Of a stretch of 32,000 nucleotides of DNA, positions 24,852 through 32,000 are shown piece after piece. The stretch is taken from positions 420,001 to 452,000 of the forward strand of contig JBGQBI010000001.1 in assembly GCA_041494705.1 (NCBI GenBank), in the 5' to 3' direction. The translations under genes and the position numbers were made by a program. This DNA comes from Candidatus Methanoperedens sp. GTDB lineage: Archaea > Halobacteriota > Methanosarcinia > Methanosarcinales > Methanoperedenaceae. Below the pieces are notes generated by a model. It searched no databases. It was not told where the DNA came from and worked only from the letters and a program-made list of their open reading frames with translations. Numbering within the stretch: the first letter of the stretch is position 1; every line of letters begins with the position of its first letter.

Positions 24852-24885
24852 TTTTTTTTGGTAGAAGTTTTTTCTGTTTTTTATT
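24852..24885 (+). terminator. Oligo-T termination tracts
   Basis: T8, T6 and T6 runs lie directly after the stop of 24540..24848. Oligo-T tracts are the archaeal intrinsic termination signal. Confidence 0.4.
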
Positions 24886-24915
24886 TTCACTACAACCGAA
24901 CCATAGCAGCCATAT

Positions 24916-26022
24916 TCATCCAAGCACCTTCTCCATCACCCCAATCGCCCTTCTCAAATTCCCCTCAGAAACTGCATACGAAATCCTGATATGCCCCTTC
25001 CCGTTCTCCCCGAAAGCCGAGCCCGGAGTAACAATCACGCCTTTTTCCAGCAATTTCTGCGGCGCATCCTTATCCGCAACCTCAGGGAATGCATAGAAAG
25101 CCCCCTGCGGCTTAACGCATTTAATACCCATTGAAGCAAATCCGGAAAGTAAGATATCCCTTCTTGCCCTGAAACTCTCGCGCATCTCGCTCACGCACTC
25201 CTGCGGCCCCACAATCGCAGCCAGCGCCGCCTTCTGGGCGATTGAGTTGGCGCATGCCTGGATGTACTGGTGCACTTTCAGCATCTGCTCGATATATTCA
25301 TTCCTCGCGGCGGCATAACCGATGCGCCAGCCTGTCATGGCGTACGTCTTTGAGACTGCGTTGATTGTAATTACTTTATCAGTGAACTGCGCCGGGCTTA
25401 CATGCTCGCCCTCGTAGATGAAATGCTCATAAACCTCGTCTGAGATTATCGTAATATCATTGTCCTCCGCTATCCCTGCCAGCGCTTTAATCTCCTTTTT
25501 TGTCTGGACAGTCCCTGTGGGATTTGAAGGGGAATTGATAATCAATGCAACGGTTTTAGAAGTAATGGATTCGTTCACGGCTTCAGGCGTTAATGTCAGC
25601 GCTTCGCCAAGAGGTATGCCCACCACCTTTCCCCCCGCAATCTTTGTTAATGGCGCGTAGGATACAAATCCCGGGTCAGGTACCAGAACCTCATCACCGT
25701 TATCTACCAGTGATTGCAGCGCCAGGTGAAGCGCTTCAGAGGCGCCCGATGTGACGATAATTTCGTTTGGCTCGACTGTAAAATGGTTCTCACGCTCAAA
25801 TTTCCTGCACAGGGCTTCCCGAAGCTCGGGAATCCCGAGGTTTGCGGTATAGCCTGTGAAACCTTGATTTATTGCATCAACTGCCGCTTTTTTAATATGT
25901 TCAGGTGTGTCGAAATCAGGCTGGCCCAGCCCGAGATTGATGGCGTTCGGACCCGCGCCTTCAAACATCTTCCTGATACCAGAGATGTCAATACTCTTTA
26001 CGCGTTGCGAAAACATGAGCAT
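24916..26022 (-). CDS. Pyridoxal-phosphate-dependent aminotransferase, class I/II (aspartate aminotransferase-like)
   Basis: INSPSNPTG, SDEVYE, and SKTYAMTGWRIGY with the PLP lysine. The ATG at 26022 overlaps the upstream stop (TGATG). Alternative starts are GTG 26025 and ATG 26016. Confidence 0.85.
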   Translation of the reverse strand: MLMFSQRVKSIDISGIRKMFEGAGPNAINLGLGQPDFDTPEHIKKAAVDAINQGFTGYTANLGIPELREALCRKFERENHFTVEPNEIIVTSGASEALHLALQSLVDNGDEVLVPDPGFVSYAPLTKIAGGKVVGIPLGEALTLTPEAVNESITSKTVALIINSPSNPTGTVQTKKEIKALAGIAEDNDITIISDEVYEHFIYEGEHVSPAQFTDKVITINAVSKTYAMTGWRIGYAAARNEYIEQMLKVHQYIQACANSIAQKAALAAIVGPQECVSEMRESFRARRDILLSGFASMGIKCVKPQGAFYAFPEVADKDAPQKLLEKGVIVTPGSAFGENGKGHIRISYAVSEGNLRRAIGVMEKVLG

Positions 26023-26624
26023 CACTCAAAAACCGTATGCCTTTTCTTCAATTCCGCTTCGCTTGCCCCTGTCCTGACCATCAACTCTGATACGACTGCA
26101 TCAAGAAAAACAAGCGCGGTTATTTCAAAAATAGTCCCAAGAGGCGCAAGCTCCGGATACCCCACCATCCGCCGTTCATGATAATCCTCGTAAATGACAT
26201 CTTCTTTAGGTCTCCCCGGGACTATCACAACGATATCTGAAATCTTCCCGAGGGTTGAATCCTTATTCGAGGTTATGACCGCCAGTTTCGAACCTATTTT
26301 TTTAGCGATTCCGCCAAGGTTTGCAATGGAAGGCGTCTCACCCGAGCCTGAAACCGCGATTACGAGGTCATCGGGTTGTACTGCGGGAGTTGTAGTCTCG
26401 CCAACCACGAAAACATTAAATCCCATATGCATAAGCCGCATCGCAAAAGCCTTTGCTGCAAGACCCGACCTTCCCGCCCCCATCAGGAATATTCGCTTCG
26501 AGCATATTATTTCATCGACCAGTCTTTTAACCGAACCGGTGTCGAGTTTTGAAGAGACTTTCTTAATGTGTTTTGCAATAAGGTTCATCGATGCGATTGT
26601 AGCTTTGCATTCTTTATTTACCAT
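26022..26624 (-). CDS. phi: SIS-domain 6-phospho-3-hexuloisomerase (PHI)
   Basis: RIFLMGAGRSGLAAKAFAMRLMHMG, VSGSGET and LAVITS. The 200-aa size is typical of archaeal PHI. Confidence 0.75.
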   Translation of the reverse strand: MVNKECKATIASMNLIAKHIKKVSSKLDTGSVKRLVDEIICSKRIFLMGAGRSGLAAKAFAMRLMHMGFNVFVVGETTTPAVQPDDLVIAVSGSGETPSIANLGGIAKKIGSKLAVITSNKDSTLGKISDIVVIVPGRPKEDVIYEDYHERRMVGYPELAPLGTIFEITALVFLDAVVSELMVRTGASEAELKKRHTVFE

Positions 26625-27134
26625 TTAAACACCTTTTTCTTCTTCCTTATATTCAATCCGCTTTAATTCCCATCCATCGAGTTTCTTCAACTCGTTGAAT
26701 ATTAAAATTATCCTGTCAAAGCTTCCATCCCAGAAAAGTGTTTTTCTCACATCCTTTTCCTTAAGCTGGTTGACGATGGATTTTACGAAATGCGAAAGTG
26801 CAGATTTCTTTGAAAACGGCACATTGAAAATCGCCCTGTACCCGCCTTTGGTTCTTGCATATGATGTCAATACATATCCCATATTCTCATACTCCGGGAT
26901 TGTACTGAAATCACATATTACTTCCTGTTCATGATTTACAGAAGAATCCATCCCGGAAATCCCGAAAATGACGTCGCGAATCAATGATTCGCTTACCTGC
27001 CTGCCAAACCATAATATGATTTTGCCCGGGGTCAATGATACGGTTACATCATCCCGCCCTAACTCCACCATCGTTATATCACGCGAATCATCGAAAAAAA
27101 TTGCCTTGCCCGAATCCTCATTTACCACACTCAT
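26625..27134 (-). CDS. Hypothetical protein, first gene of the PHI-aminotransferase operon
   Basis: 169-aa ORF whose stop abuts the phi start (TAAATG). No family recognised. Confidence 0.5.
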   Translation of the reverse strand: MSVVNEDSGKAIFFDDSRDITMVELGRDDVTVSLTPGKIILWFGRQVSESLIRDVIFGISGMDSSVNHEQEVICDFSTIPEYENMGYVLTSYARTKGGYRAIFNVPFSKKSALSHFVKSIVNQLKEKDVRKTLFWDGSFDRIILIFNELKKLDGWELKRIEYKEEEKGV

Positions 27135-27171
27135 TCATCTACCTGAAACCATATAACATTTTTGAGAAAAA

Positions 27172-28023
27172 TTATAGATATTTCCCCACGAGGTCATTCA
27201 ATTTTCTCTTTGTCTCCACAGGAATCTTATCGGGCGCTGTGATTATTGCCCCTGATAATGCATTGGCGCAGATGCATTTCCTCTCAAGTGATATTCTTGG
27301 AATAGCCTCTTTTATGATATTCCGGACCGCTTCCTCGTTCTTTATGGCATTCGTAATCACGGTTTCTATAGTGACATCCTCTTCATGCCAGACATCATAG
27401 TCCGTCACCGTCGCAATCATGCTGTAACATATCTCGGCTTCACGCGCAAGTTTTGCTTCCGGAAGCGCGGTCATCCCGATAATATCAAAACCAAGACTTT
27501 GATAAACCCTTGATTCAGCGCGCGTTGAGAACTGCGGTCCTTCCATGCAGACATACGTTCCTTTTTCCTGGACTGAATATCCAAGTTCGCTTGTAATATC
27601 GGCAAGGAGGGACGACATCTCAGGACAGAAGGGGTCTGCAAAACCGATGTGAACAACGAGACCTTCATCAAAAAATGTGCTCTCACGCGTCTTTGTCCTG
27701 TCAAAAATCTGGTCAGGAATCACGATATCAAGCGGCTTGAGTTCAAGCTTCAGGCTTCCTACTGCCGAAGCGGAAATTATCCTTTTGACTCCGAGTTTCT
27801 TGAGAGCCAGGATATTGGCGCGGGAATTCAATTTGCTGGGTGATATCCTGTGCCCTTTGCCGTGCCTGGGAAGAAATGCAACATTAGTTTCCCCGAATGA
27901 CCCGATGGTGATAGCGTCAGACGGTTTTCCGAAAGGCGTATCGATTTCAACTTCCTTTACATTATCCAGCATCGAGGTATCATAAACGCCACTGCCCCCG
28001 ATTATTGCAATATCCGCCTGCAT
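27172..28023 (-). CDS. mtnP: S-methyl-5'-thioadenosine phosphorylase (MTAP, PNP family 2)
   Basis: IAIIGGSGVY, FLPRHGKGH, NILALKKLGVKRIISASAVGSL and GMT. I prefer the ATG at 28023; the GTG at 28032 would overlap the upstream stop. Confidence 0.85.
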   Translation of the reverse strand: MQADIAIIGGSGVYDTSMLDNVKEVEIDTPFGKPSDAITIGSFGETNVAFLPRHGKGHRISPSKLNSRANILALKKLGVKRIISASAVGSLKLELKPLDIVIPDQIFDRTKTRESTFFDEGLVVHIGFADPFCPEMSSLLADITSELGYSVQEKGTYVCMEGPQFSTRAESRVYQSLGFDIIGMTALPEAKLAREAEICYSMIATVTDYDVWHEEDVTIETVITNAIKNEEAVRNIIKEAIPRISLERKCICANALSGAIITAPDKIPVETKRKLNDLVGKYL

Positions 28024-28028
28024 GATTT

Positions 28029-28733
28029 TCACGCTCCCGTATATTCCCAGGTTTTTTTGCCTGAAACGGATTTTGTTCTAAGCATACCTCTTCCTGTCAT
28101 CTCATCGAGTATCTCTTCTATCCGGCCAGGCTGCGCTATTTCAAAGTTGATGGGATCAATATTATGATATTTTAAAAGTCCCGACCTGATTTTTTCAATA
28201 TCCCATTCGTCAAGTTTTTCCTTTGCCATAAGGCGCGATATGATATCTATCATATCCTCGATGAAATTCCATGGATATACAATCCAGCCCCATTCCTGTA
28301 CAACCTCGCCGCAATAATCAGGCTTGATTTCAGAAGTGTATAGATACTGGAGAACTGCGGTCCTTACCTCTTTTGGGTTTTGCTTGAGGACGTATTCTTT
28401 GGCATGGGAGATACTTTTGCCGGTATCGGTAATATCATCCACGATTAATACTCTCTTTCCTGCCACTGCGTTATCAGCCAGCGGGTATCTGATAGAGGGT
28501 CCGCTGCCTGCGTTTGCAGTACCTACATAATGTTCGATTTTAAGGCTTGTCAGGTCATTAAGACCCAGAAAATCACACAGCACCCTGCCTGCAAACCAGC
28601 CCCCCCGCGCCAGCGCGATTATCGTATCGGGCTTATATCCGGATTTCTTGATTTCATTTGCGACATGCCTGCACAGGTCATAAATATAGTCCCAGTTTGT
28701 TATTACACACTTGAATTTGTCGGGAAGAACCAT
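28029..28733 (-). CDS. Purine phosphoribosyltransferase with a C-terminal extension
   Basis: IIALARGGWFAGR and the PRPP loop VLIVDDITDTGKS. About 70 extra C-terminal residues end in a wHTH-like segment. Confidence 0.7.
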   Translation of the reverse strand: MVLPDKFKCVITNWDYIYDLCRHVANEIKKSGYKPDTIIALARGGWFAGRVLCDFLGLNDLTSLKIEHYVGTANAGSGPSIRYPLADNAVAGKRVLIVDDITDTGKSISHAKEYVLKQNPKEVRTAVLQYLYTSEIKPDYCGEVVQEWGWIVYPWNFIEDMIDIISRLMAKEKLDEWDIEKIRSGLLKYHNIDPINFEIAQPGRIEEILDEMTGRGMLRTKSVSGKKTWEYTGA

Positions 28734-28872
28734 TATTCCACCGCATCGAAAAGGTATTACTGGGACATATATTTTTTGTAATCATTTAGAACCTCATAAT
28801 AATCAGAAAGATGATGAAAATAAATAAGTATTTATACGGTAAAAGGTTATTATTATTCAGGTTGAATACCAA

Positions 28873-29643
28873 ATGGCCGAAAAAAAGCAGATTAAGACGG
28901 AAAAAACAGACTCAAAGCGGGTTCCTACTGGAATCGCGGGGTTTGATGAATTGTGTGGCGGAGGGCTGCTAAGAAACCGGACATATCTTGTGTCCGGGCC
29001 GGCAGGAGCGGGGAAAACCATATTCGGACTTCAATATATTTATAATGGGATTACAAAGTACGGAGAAAATGGCATTATTATAGCGACGGAAGAGCGTCCC
29101 GAACAAATAAGGGAAAATGTGAAAATGTTCGGGTGGGATTTTGAAGCTCTGGAGGAAGAAGGTAAATTAGCGATAGTGGACGCATGTTCTACAAAAATCG
29201 GCATACCATCGCATGAGAAATATGTCGATGTCAGGCCGTTCGATATGCGTTCGATGATGGACCAGATAATCGCGATACAGGACGAGATCGATGCAAAAAG
29301 GGCGATGGTTGACGGGACTACATCTATCGGTTTTTACCTTCAGGACCCTGCAAAGATAAGGGTTGAGCTTCTGAAATTAAGTACCACTCTTGAAATCCTG
29401 GGATTGACTTCACTCATGACATGCGAAATAGTCGATGAGAACATGCCAAGCAGGTTCGGGGTGGAGACTTTCGTTACCGAAGGAACTATTTTGATGTACT
29501 ATAAGCGTACGGACAGCGTAAGGGTACGCAGTATAGAGATATTCAAGATGAGAGGGTCAGACCATAGCAAGAACATCCATCCGTATGAAATAACCACGAA
29601 CGGCATAGTGGTACATCCTCACGAAGAAGTATATACCGCCTGA
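28873..29643 (+). CDS. KaiC/RadA-like RecA-superfamily ATPase (single domain)
   Basis: VPTGIAGFDELCGGGLLRNRTYLVSGPAGAGKT (Walker A), a Walker B-like LAIVD, and IEIFKMRGSDHS. Confidence 0.8.
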   Translation: MAEKKQIKTEKTDSKRVPTGIAGFDELCGGGLLRNRTYLVSGPAGAGKTIFGLQYIYNGITKYGENGIIIATEERPEQIRENVKMFGWDFEALEEEGKLAIVDACSTKIGIPSHEKYVDVRPFDMRSMMDQIIAIQDEIDAKRAMVDGTTSIGFYLQDPAKIRVELLKLSTTLEILGLTSLMTCEIVDENMPSRFGVETFVTEGTILMYYKRTDSVRVRSIEIFKMRGSDHSKNIHPYEITTNGIVVHPHEEVYTA

Positions 29644-29654
29644 TTTTTTTTATC

Positions 29655-30326
29655 ATGGAAAATAAACCGTTGATTGTGTTAAATTTTAAAACCTATGCAG
29701 AAAGCATGGGCGAGAAAGCGGTCAGGATGGCAAAATTCTGCGAGGAAGTGAGTATCGAATCCGGCATTGACATTATTGCCTGCCCGCAGATACCGGATTT
29801 ATACAGGGTTGCAAGTTTGGTAAATATTCCGGTTTTCGCCCAGCATATCGATGCTGCCGGCGCGGGGAGCTACACAGGGCATATTACAGCCGAATGCGTC
29901 AGGTCTGCAGGAGCAAAAGGCACACTCATTAACCATTCTGAAATAAGATTACTTTTATCTGAAATAGACGCGGCGCTCCAGTCGGCTAAAAAAGCCGGAT
30001 TGACTACGATAGTCTGTACAAATAATATCGCAGTAACTTCGGCTGCAGCGGCGCTATCTCCCGATTTTGTCGCTATCGAACCTCCCGAGCTTATAGGTTC
30101 TGGCAACCCGGTTTCAAAAGCCAACCCCGATATAGTTAGCGGGTCGGTGAGCGCCGTGAAAAAAATAAATCCCAGGGTTAAAGTTCTCTGCGGCGCCGGA
30201 ATTTCCACAGGGGATGATGTTGCGGCGGCGATTGAACTCGGTACAGAAGGGGTGCTTCTTGCTTCAGGGGTTATCAAGGCGAAAGACCCGAAGGCGGCGC
30301 TTTTTGACCTTGTGAAGAAGATTTGA
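29655..30326 (+). CDS. tpiA: Triosephosphate isomerase, archaeal short type
   Basis: LIVLNFKTY, LINHSE, AIEPPELIGSG and CGAGIS; 223 aa. Confidence 0.9.
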   Translation: MENKPLIVLNFKTYAESMGEKAVRMAKFCEEVSIESGIDIIACPQIPDLYRVASLVNIPVFAQHIDAAGAGSYTGHITAECVRSAGAKGTLINHSEIRLLLSEIDAALQSAKKAGLTTIVCTNNIAVTSAAAALSPDFVAIEPPELIGSGNPVSKANPDIVSGSVSAVKKINPRVKVLCGAGISTGDDVAAAIELGTEGVLLASGVIKAKDPKAALFDLVKKI

Positions 30327-30365
30327 TGTAATGTTTATTGCGGTGCACGTTGTCTTAATTCCTGA

Positions 30366-31973
30366 ATGAATGCAATTGAATCGGCTGGCAGGGAGCTTAT
30401 AGAACAACTCCTGCGAAAAGAGATAACAGACGAAAAAGGATTGAACGCAGCTAAAAAAGCAGCCAGCATCCGCTACAAACTTTCATCCCTTCCTGCCAAT
30501 TCCCAGATACTTGCGGCTGCAAGGAACGAAGATGAAAAAGGACGCGTTCTTGACCTTCTCCAGTTAAAACCGGTCAGGACGATATCGGGCGTGGCTGTGA
30601 TAGCCGCCATGACATCGCCTGCCCCGTGCCCTCACGGGCTTTGTGTTCCGTGCCCCGGTGGCATTGAATCGAAATTCCATTCGCCGCAGAGCTATATGGG
30701 AGCAGAACCCGCTGCGCGGCGGGCATTTGAGAATAATTTTGACCCGTATTTGCAGGTCTCATCCAGGTTAAAACAGCTTTCGCAGATAGGTCACCCGATT
30801 GGGAAAGCGGAACTTATCGTGATGGGGGGGACATATACATCCCGTACCCTGTGCTACCAGGAATGGTTCGTGAAACGCTGTATAGAGGCGATGAATGATT
30901 TTTACGGCACAGAATGGCGAAAAGCCAGGGATTATGTTTCAATAGAAGAAGTCCAATCCGCAAACGAGAGCGCCGGAATAAGGAATGTGGGGATAACCAT
31001 AGAAACAAGACCGGACTGGACTAAAAAAGAGCATATAGATACCATTCTTGAGCTTGGCGCGACAAAAGTGGAGATAGGAGTCCAGAGCACCTACGATTTC
31101 ATACTTGCAGGCATACAGCGCGGTCATACCGTCGCTGAAAGCGCAGAAGCCAATAAGAGGCTTCGCGACAGCGGAATTAAAGTCGGGTTTCATATGATGC
31201 CGGGGCTGCCCGGGGCCTCTGTGGAATCGGATTTTCGCATGTTCAGGACGTTATTTGAAGATGAGCGATTCATGCCGGATTATCTCAAAATATATCCTAC
31301 ACTGGTAACTGAAGGAACGCGGCTTCACGGGATGTGGGAACTCGGGAATTATGCGCCCCTTGAAGTGCTGGAGGCTGTGGGATTGCTTGCAAAAATCAAA
31401 TCCATCCTGCCGAAGTGGGTTCGTTTGCAGAGAATACAGCGCGATATCCCAGCATACCAGGTGCTTGCCGGGATAAGGAAAAGCAATATAAGGCAGCTTG
31501 CAAAGGAAAGGCTCCTGGAAATGGGAGGAAAGTGCAACTGCATCAGGTGCCGCGAGGTAGGGCACAGGATGCTTGAGGGATTTAAGCCAGAGAATATCGA
31601 AATGACCGTGGAAGAATATGCAGCGTGCGGCGGAAAAGAGCATTTCATTTCATTCGAGGATACGGGAAAGGATGTATTGGTCGGGTTCTTAAGACTCCGC
31701 TTCCCATGCGCGCCCCACAGGCAGGAACTACACGGCGCGGCGCTGGTGCGCGAGCTGCATGTTTACGGCTCGATGGTCCCGCCGGGTGAAAGCGCGGGCA
31801 AGGCGCAGTGGCAGCATCGCGGGTACGGGGAGGAGCTTCTGGCGCATGCGGAAGAGACTGCACACGCTGCCGGATATGAGAAAATTGCGGTGACCAGTGG
31901 CATCGGTGTACGGGATTATTACAGGAAGTTCGGATACGGGCGCGAGGGTCCGTATATGATCAAGAAACTCTAA
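30366..31973 (+). CDS. elp3: Elp3-type tRNA uridine(34) modification radical-SAM/GNAT enzyme
   Basis: The cluster motif CPHGLCVPCPGG (Cx4Cx2C), the radical-SAM core (ELIVMGGTYTS, VEIGVQS), and a C-terminal GNAT (QHRGYGEELLAHAE). Confidence 0.9.
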   Translation: MNAIESAGRELIEQLLRKEITDEKGLNAAKKAASIRYKLSSLPANSQILAAARNEDEKGRVLDLLQLKPVRTISGVAVIAAMTSPAPCPHGLCVPCPGGIESKFHSPQSYMGAEPAARRAFENNFDPYLQVSSRLKQLSQIGHPIGKAELIVMGGTYTSRTLCYQEWFVKRCIEAMNDFYGTEWRKARDYVSIEEVQSANESAGIRNVGITIETRPDWTKKEHIDTILELGATKVEIGVQSTYDFILAGIQRGHTVAESAEANKRLRDSGIKVGFHMMPGLPGASVESDFRMFRTLFEDERFMPDYLKIYPTLVTEGTRLHGMWELGNYAPLEVLEAVGLLAKIKSILPKWVRLQRIQRDIPAYQVLAGIRKSNIRQLAKERLLEMGGKCNCIRCREVGHRMLEGFKPENIEMTVEEYAACGGKEHFISFEDTGKDVLVGFLRLRFPCAPHRQELHGAALVRELHVYGSMVPPGESAGKAQWQHRGYGEELLAHAEETAHAAGYEKIAVTSGIGVRDYYRKFGYGREGPYMIKKL

Positions 31974-32000
31974 CTTTTAAATATTAACCGCAGATGAACG

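Overview
Densely coding archaeal chromosomal segment. Archaeal hallmarks are the L21e-Rpo4/F-DUF655-KsgA cluster, Pus10, TrmY, Elp3, archaeal-size TIM and mre11-rad50-nurA-herA; the gene content looks methanogen/ANME-like, but taxonomy cannot be proven from this window. About 40 protein genes are supported; I found no rRNA, tRNA or CRISPR. The centre (6.8-18.2 kb) is a DNA recombination/repair supercluster. A complete bacterial-type ruvC-ruvA-ruvB operon converges on an archaeal mre11-rad50-nurA-(extra ORF)-herA operon, and accessory DNA sits at every junction. These accessories are an AT-rich vapBC plus nuclease-like islet, an extra HAS-barrel-like ORF, a structured repeat between rad50 and nurA, and a Bro-N/DinD-like gene bracketed by two copies of the mre11 promoter/5' end. 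The most unusual signal is a modular hairpin element present twice (13479-13592 minus strand, 18591-18809 plus strand). The two copies share a 56/56-nt identical block that buries the start codons of nurA and trmY in a 10-bp stem. Each copy also carries an in-frame upstream ORF, and one hairpin shows compensatory changes between copies. Other notable points: an AT-rich islet with a GIY-YIG nuclease, a small wHTH-like gene and four phased GTGGAAA boxes; a truncated GC-rich FAD-oxidoreductase remnant facing an AT-rich full-length homolog; a Rad50 with no CxxC zinc hook; bacterial-type fba/fbp, with fbp lacking a canonical start; and an untracked 47-codon 8-Cys ORF. All functional calls rest on motif recognition by eye. 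No database search was run.
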